A stretch of 63,693 nucleotides of DNA, from positions 1-63,693 of the IMG/VR virus record IMGVR_UViG_3300018954_000002; one strand, 5' to 3'. The notes beneath the pieces are model-generated. The model did no database searches and was not told where the DNA came from. It saw only the letters and a program-made list of their open reading frames with translations. Origin of the DNA: a virus. Of this stretch, positions 8,389-16,087 are shown piece after piece. Positions within the stretch are counted from its first letter, which is position 1; every line of letters begins with the position of its first letter. Position numbers and translations under genes: made by a program.

Positions 8389-9243
8389 GATCCGGCCTCC
8401 ACGGTGGTGACGGCGTATGTCGAGGCGATGGGCGGGACGATCGGGTCGCCCACGAGATCCCGCGAGCCGGCGTCGAACCGGCCGACCTCGCGGACGTACT
8501 GGAACGCCAAATGCTCGTCCTCCTCGGCTTTCACCGGGATGAGCGAGTACCCGTCGGGGCGAACCCACACGGCGCCAGTCCACGCGATCTCCGGCATCGG
8601 GATCGCAGTGCCCGGATCTTTCGGGTCGGTCTGCAGGAACTCCGCGAAGCGATACCCGGCGAGCTGCAACGCCGTCTCGCCGAAGATCCCCGACCGGTTC
8701 GTCTTGGCGTCGATCAGGCACCAGTTCACGAAGCCGTCTTCATCGCGGGGCAGGTGGTCGTACTCCGGCATGTCCGGCAACAGGATGTCGCCGATGATGT
8801 CGATCTGCCCGCAGTAACGCAGGGTCTCGGAGTACACCAGGCACTCCAGGTGCCGCACCCGTAGCTGGAATTCGTCGAGGAACCGGACGTACGAGTTGAC
8901 GTGGCCGACCAGCGGATCCGGGATGGTGACCTTCTCGCCGCGCATCAGCCGCTCGCCGAACGTGTGCACCTGCGTGCCGCGGTTCGCCGCCTCGTCCTTG
9001 ACTGCGTATCGGCCGCGCTGCATCTTGCTCAGCCGCGCGGCGGGCGGAAGTGCGGCGAGCTCGTCCCAGTGGTCGAGCGTGTAATCGGCGGTCGCGTTGC
9101 CGGCCCAGTTGATGAGCGCTTTCTTCGGCATGCCGGCGTCGATCTCGCCGGTGACGCCGGGGACCCGTTCGCCGTTGGCGTCGAGGTCGACGTACCAGTG
9201 GTTCCGGCCGCTGTCCTTGCGGATAATCCTCATCGGGTGCGGG
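8385..9243 (-). CDS. PD-(D/E)XK (RecB/Cas4-like) exonuclease
   Basis: From the ATG at 9243 (GGAGAGGA RBS): GQIDIIGD ... CLIDAKT ... QLAGY motifs. Directly upstream of erf. Confidence 0.75.
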
Positions 9244-9559
9244 TCCTCTCCCATGCGCCGCGTGCGTCGAGCCACGCCTGAATCTTGGTGTCGTGCATCG
9301 GTATCCCGTAGACCGCTGTGTCGGTCGCCGCCGACGCCAGCGCGCACGCCGCCTCCCACGCCAGCATCTGCGCGTCGAACCGCTCGCGCTGCGCCGCGGT
9401 CAGCTCGTCGTACGTGCGAGTCCTGCGCGAAGACATCTCGTCCACGGGGACGACGAATCTCTGCGGGACTTCGAGGGAGACCCGCCCGCCGGTGTTGTTC
9501 CAGCCTTCCCGGACGGCCTTGCGCTGGAACGACTCGGGCTTCCACCTTCCGGGGCTCAT
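9230..9559 (-). CDS. Hypothetical protein (109 aa)
   Basis: Protein-like ORF. Confidence 0.55.
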   Translation of the reverse strand: MSPGRWKPESFQRKAVREGWNNTGGRVSLEVPQRFVVPVDEMSSRRTRTYDELTAAQRERFDAQMLAWEAACALASAATDTAVYGIPMHDTKIQAWLDARGAWERTRTR

Positions 9560-9562
9560 CCG

Positions 9563-9991
9563 TCACGCCTCCTGTTCGTTGCGGGTCGCGGTGGCCATCA
9601 GCCTGACGACCTGGCGCCGGGCGTTGTCCACGGCCACGATCGCCTGAGTCAGCGCGGCGTACACCTGCTCGGGCGTGCGGTGCTCGACGCGGGTCAGGTT
9701 GGTGACCACGCCGGCCGCGGCGGCGAGTTCGGTCCGGGCGCGGGCGGTCAGTGCTCGCCGGTCGTGCAGCGGCACGAGGACCCGCGGCGAGTGCGGGCCC
9801 CCGGCGAGCGGGCGAAGCGACGTCCGGTTGTACCGCTCGCCGTCGGAGGTCACGACCATGGTCTGCGTGATGTTGACGATGGTGACCTCGGGGCCGACCG
9901 CGTCGCGCCCGATCGGCGACTGGGACAACCTGAGGTCGACGGCGCGGTCGCCCTTCTGGGGCCACCGGCCCCCGGTCGCACCCTGGCTCAT
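9563..9991 (-). CDS. Hypothetical protein (142 aa)
   Basis: ATG at 9991 in an ATGA overlap with the ParB-like gene stop. The upstream part of the 508-aa track ORF is junk. Confidence 0.55.
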   Translation of the reverse strand: MSQGATGGRWPQKGDRAVDLRLSQSPIGRDAVGPEVTIVNITQTMVVTSDGERYNRTSLRPLAGGPHSPRVLVPLHDRRALTARARTELAAAAGVVTNLTRVEHRTPEQVYAALTQAIVAVDNARRQVVRLMATATRNEQEA

Positions 9992-10815
9992 TTCGGCTGC
10001 GGGAAGTTGTCGTTGGTCAGTTCGCCGCGGGCGATCTGGATGCGGTCCATCGACTCCCCCGCCCGGAATGCATTCCACGACCGGACGAACAGTGCCAGCT
10101 GCTCGGGCCGCGTGACCCGGTCTACCCGCACCCGGGCCATCCGGTTGCGCAGCGCCAGCACCGGCGAGCCGCCCGGGAGGTTGGCGCCGGAAACGTACTG
10201 GTCGAAGAACTGGTGTGTGAACTCTGCGTCGATCCGGTTGAACAGATAGTGGGCGACACCGGCTGGAGCCCCGACTCCGAGTCCGCGATTCTGGCAGTCC
10301 GTCGCCCGCTTGGACGCTGCGTCGTACCGCTCGGCCTCGGCCCGGTAGCGGTGCATGATCTCCGACGTGGTGGGGGCGAAGGTCCCACCGCCGCCCATGT
10401 AAAGCCCGACGTCCCACATCAGCGACCACCGCACGATCGCGGCCCCGCGCATCCGGTCGTGCGCGCCGGCGATCCGCAGCGCGTCGCCGGCGGACCGCGC
10501 CGCCCCGGAGTCGATGACCTGCATGGCCTCGGTGGGTACGTCGTAGGCGATGGTCATGTGCACGCCAGGGAACGCTGGGTCCTGCTCTCCGGCCAGAATC
10601 ACGGCGCGCATCCGGTTCTGCCCGTCGATCAGTGTGCCGGCGATGTCGACCTTGATCGTCTCGCCGGTGTTGGGGTTCCAGTTGCCGCCGAGCATGTCGC
10701 GGGCGAAGCGCGCGATGCGCGCCTCCTTGGGCCTGCGGTTGTTCTCGGCGTTGCGGCCAAGGATCTGTTTGGCTCTCTGCGGCGTGATCAGTTCGTGGTT
10801 GAAGGTGATGCTCAC
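9988..10815 (-). CDS. ParB N-terminal-domain (DGQ[N/H]R) protein
   Basis: ...KVDIAGTLIDGQNRMRAVILAG... is characteristic of the ParB/sulfiredoxin-like nuclease fold. Confidence 0.65.
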   Translation of the reverse strand: MSITFNHELITPQRAKQILGRNAENNRRPKEARIARFARDMLGGNWNPNTGETIKVDIAGTLIDGQNRMRAVILAGEQDPAFPGVHMTIAYDVPTEAMQVIDSGAARSAGDALRIAGAHDRMRGAAIVRWSLMWDVGLYMGGGGTFAPTTSEIMHRYRAEAERYDAASKRATDCQNRGLGVGAPAGVAHYLFNRIDAEFTHQFFDQYVSGANLPGGSPVLALRNRMARVRVDRVTRPEQLALFVRSWNAFRAGESMDRIQIARGELTNDNFPQPK

Positions 10816-10842
10816 GGGTCGGCTCGCTTTCGGGGAGTGCGG

Positions 10843-11097
10843 TCAAGACGGACGTGGACGAATGAGTCGAGCGGTGATGCGCGCGAGAAGGCCCGGCGCA
10901 CGGTGCGTGTGCTGGATGCCGAGTGCACGGCGCGCGCGGACGAGGTCGGCCACGTCCACGCCGAGCCGACCGGCCGAGGTGTTGAGGTCCCCGGTCAGGT
11001 CCGACGGTCGGATGACGACGATGGTCTCCGGGGCGGGTTGGTCGTTCAGGCGACGCGCGTCTCCGGCGTCGAGTTCGCGGATGTCCCACTGGCGCAT
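10843..11097 (-). CDS. Small HTH DNA-binding protein (84 aa)
   Basis: ATG at 11097 with a GAGGAG RBS. Helix-turn-helix-like SAGRLGVDVADLVRARRALGI. Confidence 0.5.
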   Translation of the reverse strand: MRQWDIRELDAGDARRLNDQPAPETIVVIRPSDLTGDLNTSAGRLGVDVADLVRARRALGIQHTHRAPGLLARITARLIRPRPS

Positions 11098-11108
11098 GGC
11101 GCGTCTCC

Positions 11109-11420
11109 TCACTGCGCGGTCACAGTTTCGCGGGCGTAGGCGCCGACCACCGCGCCCAGGGCGTCGGAGAGGGCGTGCGCCGGGATGAGCGCGGCGCGTG
11201 CCTTGGCGGCGCCGCGGATGGCCTTACTACGGGCGACCTGGAACTCCCAGCCGTTGCCCCAGCGCTCGCGGGCACCGTCGGTGAAGGTGACGACCCGCTC
11301 GGCGTACGGGGTGAGCTTCTCGACCTTGGCGACCTGCCGGAAGGCGTGGGTGTTGCTGGAGCGGATGACCATGCCCGGCTTGAGTTGGGCGGTGGTGCGA
11401 ATCTTGGTGCGCATCTGCAC
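11109..11420 (-). CDS. Hypothetical protein (103 aa)
   Basis: First gene downstream of promoter P1. GGGGAG RBS. Confidence 0.6.
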   Translation of the reverse strand: MQMRTKIRTTAQLKPGMVIRSSNTHAFRQVAKVEKLTPYAERVVTFTDGARERWGNGWEFQVARSKAIRGAAKARAALIPAHALSDALGAVVGAYARETVTAQ

Positions 11421-11449
11421 TCCCCGTGCTTCGTCTGACTGGTACGCCT

Positions 11450-11479
11450 AGTCTATATCCATGTATGGATAAGTGTCAA
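11450..11479 (-). promoter_or_regulatory. Promoter-operator cassette P1
   Basis: On the minus strand: AACTCTTGACAC, -35 TTGACA (11479-11474), 18 nt, -10 TAGACT (11455-11450). The spacer is filled by the palindrome TATCCA-N4-TGGATA (11456-11471). Confidence 0.75.
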
Positions 11480-11519
11480 GAGTTGCGGCGAGCCGCGGCG
11501 GGCATCTCGTGGCCGCAGG

Positions 11520-11831
11520 TCACTCGTCCTCCTCGGCCGACGTGTTGCGTACGACGTCTTCGATCAAGTCCATCAGGTCGAGTCCGTGCGCTGCGGCGAT
11601 GGCCGGGAGCATGGGGTCGATGTGGACCATCTTGTCGTCGATGCGGATCCCCCCGCTGTAAACGCGGATCAACTTCTTGCGCCCGGTGAGCCACCGGGAG
11701 ACGGTGACGTCGGACGGACGGCTGCCCGTCAGCTCCTCGACCCGGTCCGCGATGGCAGCACCGCTTAGGGTTTGGTCCTTTCTCGCGGCACGCAGTTTCT
11801 CGGCGAGTCGATCGGCTGACGGGTTCGCCAT
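11520..11831 (-). CDS. XRE/Cro-CI-type HTH transcriptional regulator (103 aa)
   Basis: From the ATG at 11831: LAEKLRAARKDQTLSGAAIADRVEELTGSRPSDVTVSRWLTGRK. Confidence 0.65.
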   Translation of the reverse strand: MANPSADRLAEKLRAARKDQTLSGAAIADRVEELTGSRPSDVTVSRWLTGRKKLIRVYSGGIRIDDKMVHIDPMLPAIAAAHGLDLMDLIEDVVRNTSAEEDE

Positions 11832-11976
11832 GTCGGGTTCCACCCCCTCTCCTTCCTGTCGTGGCCAGCCCGGTCGGGTTGACCTTTGTGCCCTCGGCCC
11901 GGCTCGAACGGGCTGCAACCCTGGAATCCCGATGCGCGACGCTTATGCGTCCCATCTCCTGGCGGGGGCGGGTGGT

Positions 11977-12372
11977 TCAGTCGCGAGGGGCCAGTTTCGT
12001 CACGCCGAGGACTCGGCTGGCGTGCAGGGCTGCCGCGCCGTGGCTGTCGCCCTGGCCGTGTCGACGTGCGATCAGGTGCAGCAGGGCTTCGTCCACCCGC
12101 TCGAACCGTAGGTGGTCGCCCTCGCCGCCGTGCACCGTGGCGAAGTTCAGAGTGGCGATCGAGCCGCGCTCGTAGCGGATCACCTCAACGACGTACGAGC
12201 CGGTCACGTCGAGTTCCGCGTCGGGCTCGATGTCGTCGAACAGGCTGACCACGTGGCCGATCCGGTAGCGGTCGCCGAGGCGCAGGATGGTGGCGAGTGC
12301 CTGGTTGCGCTGGAAGATCCGGTGCTGCCGCTCGTAGGCGGCGTCTCGCTCGATCTCCTGAAGGCGGTTCAT
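11977..12372 (-). CDS. Hypothetical protein (131 aa)
   Basis: AGAGGA RBS. Protein-like composition. Confidence 0.6.
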   Translation of the reverse strand: MNRLQEIERDAAYERQHRIFQRNQALATILRLGDRYRIGHVVSLFDDIEPDAELDVTGSYVVEVIRYERGSIATLNFATVHGGEGDHLRFERVDEALLHLIARRHGQGDSHGAAALHASRVLGVTKLAPRD

Positions 12373-12378
12373 GGCGGG

Positions 12379-12717
12379 TCAGTCCTCTTGGGTGCTGCGG
12401 GTCTCGGCGGAGGCGAGCCGCGCGGCGTCCTCGGCGGCGGCCTCGATGCGGTAGCGGTCCGCCTCGGCGGCGTGCTGGACTGCGGTGTGCAGCTGCGCGC
12501 TCATCAGCCACACGGCGTGCTCGTGGACGGCCCGCCCGGCGACCTCGGCGGCCCATTCCCGGCCCGGCCTCGGCACCATTTCCAGCAGGTTGGCCAGCTG
12601 CTCGAAGGTGTCGGCGAGGGTCCGCAGGCTGGAGGCGTTGATGCGGAGATGTCGCTGCGCGCGCTGGGTCGAGTACTCCGCAGGGGTCGGGAGCGCCTTG
12701 CGGCTGAAGTCGTTCAT
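12379..12717 (-). CDS. Hypothetical protein (112 aa)
   Basis: First gene downstream of P2. GGAGA RBS. Confidence 0.6.
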   Translation of the reverse strand: MNDFSRKALPTPAEYSTQRAQRHLRINASSLRTLADTFEQLANLLEMVPRPGREWAAEVAGRAVHEHAVWLMSAQLHTAVQHAAEADRYRIEAAAEDAARLASAETRSTQED

Positions 12718-12756
12718 GGCGGGTCTCCGATCGGGATTGCCTTGCTGGTGTGACCC

Positions 12757-12786
12757 AGTCTATATCCATGCGTGGATAAGTGTCAA
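12757..12786 (-). promoter_or_regulatory. Promoter-operator cassette P2
   Basis: -35 TTGACA (12786-12781), 18 nt, -10 TAGACT (12762-12757). Palindrome TATCCA-TGCG-TGGATA at 12763-12778. Confidence 0.75.
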
Positions 12787-12820
12787 GGGTTCCGAGGGAG
12801 GGAGATTGCGCCAACGCGAA

Positions 12821-12851
12821 GCGGCCCGGCGGTTGGTGGCCGCCGGGCCGC
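12821..12851 (-). terminator. GC-rich hairpin (12-bp perfect stem)
   Basis: GCGGCCCGGCGG, 7-nt loop, CCGCCGGGCCGC. Followed on the minus strand by TTCGCGTTGG. Confidence 0.55.
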
Positions 12852-13042
12852 TGTCGCTTCCGTCCCGCCCTTTACGGTCCTCACCAGAGCCGCGGGTCGC
12901 CCACGGGATTCCTGTCCCGCTCAGTTCGCCCGGTAGGGTCGCGTCACCCCGGCTCGCGCGCTGCCGCCCCTGGTTTGGCCGGTAACCCAGCTTGGGGAGC
13001 TGATCAGGTTGGTCCGGCACCACCCGCTGCCTCCCTGACACC

Positions 13043-13381
13043 TCAAACTCTACCCTGGGGTGCCGTTCGTGTCAAGCCCGTCAGGCTAGTTGGCACAAAC
13101 TGGCCCTGACCTGCGGAAACGGCCCTGGCGCGGGCCCGGTGACGTACGGCCGCCTTGCTGACCGCCGCCACGGAGACGCCCAGCTGAGCGGCGGTCGCCG
13201 CCTGCGTGGCGTCGGCGAGGGCCTCTACGACCGCCGCGTCACCCACGGCGGACAGCGCGGCTTTCGCCACGTCCGTCAACGCCCTGGCCGCGCGTACCCG
13301 CTCCAGAGCGGGCATGGTGGGCAGTTGCTCCAGCGCCGACACCAGGGCGGCCAGTTCGTCGCCCGCATCCGGGGCCGTCAC
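13043..13381 (-). CDS. HTH-containing protein (112 aa)
   Basis: GTG at 13381 in a GTGA overlap. TQAATAAQLGVSVAAVSKAAVRHR is HTH-like. The 3' end carries an embedded promoter. Confidence 0.55.
   Translation of the reverse strand: MTAPDAGDELAALVSALEQLPTMPALERVRAARALTDVAKAALSAVGDAAVVEALADATQAATAAQLGVSVAAVSKAAVRHRARARAVSAGQGQFVPTSLTGLTRTAPQGRV
13047..13075 (-). promoter_or_regulatory. Consensus sigma70-like promoter embedded in the 3' end of 13043..13381
   Basis: TTGACA (13075-13070), 17 nt, TAGAGT (13052-13047). It is written with codons that are rare for this genome (TTG ACA CGA ... GGT AGA GTT). Confidence 0.65.
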
Positions 13382-13572
13382 GCGAGCCACCCGCGGCGTC
13401 TACGCGATCGCCGACTCGTGAGCAGCGACATCACCACGGAGAACACGACGGCTACCGCCACCGCCGGCCACCCGCCAGCCCGGTAGACCGCCGTGCCGAG
13501 CAGGATCACGACGCAGGCGAGGACGGCGACAGGCCACGTACCGCGCGAGCGGCGGGAGCGACGGCGAGCCAT
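13378..13572 (-). CDS. Small membrane protein, 2 predicted TM helices (64 aa)
   Basis: MARRRSRRSRGTWPVAVLACVVILLGTAVY...AVAVAVVFSVVMSLL. Confidence 0.55.
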   Translation of the reverse strand: MARRRSRRSRGTWPVAVLACVVILLGTAVYRAGGWPAVAVAVVFSVVMSLLTSRRSRRRRGWLA

Positions 13573-13802
13573 CACGCGCTCCGCTCGTGGTTCTCGACGT
13601 GCACGATCGCGGCCTGTACCGCGTCCTCGAACCCCCACCACTCGCGCTCCGGCTCGATGTCCGGCGGGCAGTGGGGGGACTCGGAGCACTCGATGCGGAG
13701 GGTGCCCTCGGCGGGGTCGACGTCGCGGACGTACACGACCGGGTCACCCGGGAGTGCCTCGCCACGTGCCGCGCGGTCGGTGGTGACGATGACGGTGGCC
13801 AT
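13572..13802 (-). CDS. Hypothetical protein (76 aa)
   Basis: ATG at 13802. Start-stop overlaps on both sides. Confidence 0.55.
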   Translation of the reverse strand: MATVIVTTDRAARGEALPGDPVVYVRDVDPAEGTLRIECSESPHCPPDIEPEREWWGFEDAVQAAIVHVENHERSA

Positions 13803-14302
13803 CAGTGCACCTGCCTCATCTGGTCGGACTCGGAGTCGAGGAGCTGGCCGACCGCCCACGAGCGGGCGAGGCGGTCGTAGATCCTGACCATCTCGGCGTA
13901 CGTCTTCATCGTCGAGCGCATGAGGGTCGTGTGGACGTTGGTCCACCCGAACTGCTGCCGGTTGAGCCACATGTCGCGCGCTGCACCGCGGTAGCCCTCG
14001 ACGGCCTTCGCGCGCTTCTCGGCGTACGGGTTGCCGAACTCGATCAGGGTCGCGATGCGCTGCTCGCGGGTCGGCTCGGGCGTGGTGGCTTCGAGGTAGG
14101 CCGACCATGCGTCGTGGTCGTAGGGGTCCTCGGGTGCGGAGACGTCGGTCAGGTTGGGCTCGCGGTGGGGGCCACGGTCGGCGGGGGCGTAGGGGTACGG
14201 GTCCTCTCCGCGAGCGAACTTGTCGAGCTCGGTCCGTAGTTCTGCGACGTAGGCGTCGTACTCCGGCGTTCCGACCGGGTAGCGCGGCTCCGGCTGCGTC
14301 AT
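13802..14302 (-). CDS. Hypothetical protein (166 aa)
   Basis: Clean protein-like ORF. Confidence 0.65.
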   Translation of the reverse strand: MTQPEPRYPVGTPEYDAYVAELRTELDKFARGEDPYPYAPADRGPHREPNLTDVSAPEDPYDHDAWSAYLEATTPEPTREQRIATLIEFGNPYAEKRAKAVEGYRGAARDMWLNRQQFGWTNVHTTLMRSTMKTYAEMVRIYDRLARSWAVGQLLDSESDQMRQVH

Positions 14303-14445
14303 CGCGCACCACCGGCGGTGAGCAGGAACAGCGGGCGCAGGTCGCGGGCGATGATCTGCACCGCCGCGACCTCGCTGCGGCGCATGCTGCGAACGCGGAC
14401 GGTGGAGTGCTGCCGGTCGGAGATCCTGCGGTTGCGGCGGGCCAT
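14299..14445 (-). CDS. Small basic protein (48 aa)
   Basis: MARRNRRISDRQHSTVRVRSMRRSEVAAVQIIARDL... ATGA-coupled downstream. Weak RBS. Confidence 0.4.
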   Translation of the reverse strand: MARRNRRISDRQHSTVRVRSMRRSEVAAVQIIARDLRPLFLLTAGGAR

Positions 14446-14450
14446 CGTGG

Positions 14451-14678
14451 TCACCGCCCGGCCAGTGCAGCGGCGTGGTCGTCGTCGAGTGTGGCGAAGC
14501 GCAGGGTCCCGTAGCTGACCTCGCCGGTCAGCTTGACGCCCTTCTCCACGCGCCCGTTCGGCCACAGGACGTCGCACACCGTCTTGCGCTGGCGGACGAT
14601 CTGACCGCGGACGACGAGGTCGTCCTGCGGGTCGGTCCACTCGGCTGCGACGTAGACGGGGAACTCTTTGCGGGCCAT
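14451..14678 (-). CDS. Hypothetical protein (75 aa)
   Basis: AAGGAG RBS before the ATG at 14678. First gene downstream of P3. Confidence 0.6.
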   Translation of the reverse strand: MARKEFPVYVAAEWTDPQDDLVVRGQIVRQRKTVCDVLWPNGRVEKGVKLTGEVSYGTLRFATLDDDHAAALAGR

Positions 14679-14718
14679 CTGGACCACTCCTTGGTGTCGT
14701 TCGTTCCTGACACCACCT

Positions 14719-14748
14719 ACGCTATATCCACACGTGGATAAGTGTCAA
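14719..14748 (-). promoter_or_regulatory. Promoter-operator cassette P3
   Basis: -35 TTGACA (14748-14743), 18 nt, -10 TAGCGT (14724-14719). Palindrome TATCCA-CACG-TGGATA at 14725-14740. Confidence 0.7.
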
Positions 14749-15008
14749 GAGTTCTGCGCCACGGAGTTTCCCGGCAGTCCCGCGATCCTGTATGCGTACG
14801 CCTGCACGCTGTCGACGTACACCCGCCGGTGCCCACGGAGCACTCGCCCGCGAACGTCCTCCGTCACCCGGTGCGCCCGGGTCCACGCGAACTCCAGCTC
14901 TCCCAGCGAACAGAGCGCGCGAATTTCGCGAAGCGAAACACCGAGCGTTTTCGCAGCCTGTCCCGTGGTCATCGTCTCGCGGTCGCCCCGCGTGGCTTCG
15001 CTTGTCAT
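14745..15008 (-). CDS. MerR/excisionase-type HTH DNA-binding protein
   Basis: MTTGQAAKTLGVSLREIRALCSLGEL. The start is ambiguous (ATG at 15008 or 14972). The stop lies inside the P3 -35 box. Confidence 0.6.
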   Translation of the reverse strand: MTSEATRGDRETMTTGQAAKTLGVSLREIRALCSLGELEFAWTRAHRVTEDVRGRVLRGHRRVYVDSVQAYAYRIAGLPGNSVAQNS

Positions 15009-15556
15009 GTGGTCAAAGTAGCAAGACGAACGAAAGTCTGCCATGCTGCGAACCATGACCCCGCTGACTTCGCTTCGTTCGCTTCGTTCGCTCCCGTTCG
15101 CTCTGGCTTCGCTGTTCGTCGTCGTGAGCGTCATCGCTGCGTTCGCATACGCGATCAACGCATGGCAGGTCTACGGCTTCGCTGCGAACGTGTGGCAGCT
15201 GCCGGCGGTCCTGTGCGTCTTCGCCGCGCTCGTCGCCGACGCTCTTTCGCTCGCCGGACTCTTCACCACGTACATCCTTCGCAGAGCGAAGCTGCACGTC
15301 CGCGCGTACGCATGGTTCGTCTTCCTCAGCATGACTTCGCTGTCCATCCTCGCGGCCGAGTCGTTCGCGAAGTGGCGTCAGCTCCCGCAAAGTTCGCGGG
15401 ATCTCTTCGCCAACGAACCCTCGCTCATCGAAGCGGACAGCGTCGCTGGCGGGGTTCTCGACGACGCGAACGTGGCCGCTGCCGTGATCGCCCCTGCGCT
15501 CGCTCTCGCGGTGCACCTGCTCATCATCTGCGTTCGCCACGCGGTTCCGGCTTCGC
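14887..15556. repeat. TTCGC/GCGAA-dense island 1
   Basis: About 29 copies counted by eye in about 670 bp. Background elsewhere is about 2-3 per kb. Includes the 9-bp tandem TTCGCTTCG at 15070-15095. Confidence 0.7.
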
Positions 15557-16047
15557 GGGACGGCGCGACCCCGGCGGGGCACCCTGACTTCATCGCCTGC
15601 CCGCTCTGCGGCGGCGACGCCATCTCGCCCACGGTGCTCGCGGAGCACATGGCCCGGCGGCACCCGGCTCCCTCCGTGGCCCAAGGGCCTCCCCGCGCCG
15701 TGCGTCCCGTCCGGACCGAGCAGGCACCGGAGCCCGACCGGCCTGTTCCGGTCGTGCGCGAGCAGGCCGAAAAGGTCCAGGTCATGCCCCCTGCGCCCCG
15801 GCGCGGAGGACGCCGGGGCGGAATCAGCGCAGTGAACAAGGCGAACGCTGTTGCCCGGGTCATCGCCAAGGAGATGACCGCAGCCGAGGTGGCCGCCCTG
15901 CTGGACTGCTCGACGCGCGCCGTCGAACAGTGGGTTAAGGCGTACCGCGAGCAGCAGGCGGGCCAGCCCCTCGCCGCGATGCGCACGTTGACCGACGGAT
16001 CCGGGCAGGTCAACGGCCACAAGCCGGAAGAGACGGTGAGCCTGTGA
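15043..16047 (+). CDS. DUF2637-like polytopic membrane protein with a C-terminal HTH
   Basis: Four hydrophobic helices in the N-terminal half, a CPLCGG Cys/His (zinc-finger-like) motif, and C-terminal MTAAEVAALLDCSTRAVEQWV. This gene type usually sits next to FtsK-like genes in actinomycete conjugative elements. Confidence 0.6.
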   Translation: MLRTMTPLTSLRSLRSLPFALASLFVVVSVIAAFAYAINAWQVYGFAANVWQLPAVLCVFAALVADALSLAGLFTTYILRRAKLHVRAYAWFVFLSMTSLSILAAESFAKWRQLPQSSRDLFANEPSLIEADSVAGGVLDDANVAAAVIAPALALAVHLLIICVRHAVPASRDGATPAGHPDFIACPLCGGDAISPTVLAEHMARRHPAPSVAQGPPRAVRPVRTEQAPEPDRPVPVVREQAEKVQVMPPAPRRGGRRGGISAVNKANAVARVIAKEMTAAEVAALLDCSTRAVEQWVKAYREQQAGQPLAAMRTLTDGSGQVNGHKPEETVSL

Positions 16048-16087
16048 GCACCCGCGAGGGCCCACGGATGCGCACGGTGAGTGATAT

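Noticed and set aside
9563-11089. 508-aa minus-strand ORF
   Set aside because: Only the C-terminal 142 aa (from the ATG at 9991) are protein-like. The remainder is an off-frame read across the ParB-like gene.
12852-13042. Possible tRNA gene (an AGCTGATCAGGTTGGT D-loop-like string and a GTTCGTGTC T-loop-like string)
   Set aside because: I could not fold a cloverleaf with a 7-bp acceptor stem and a matched T-stem on either strand. No tRNA is called anywhere in the window.
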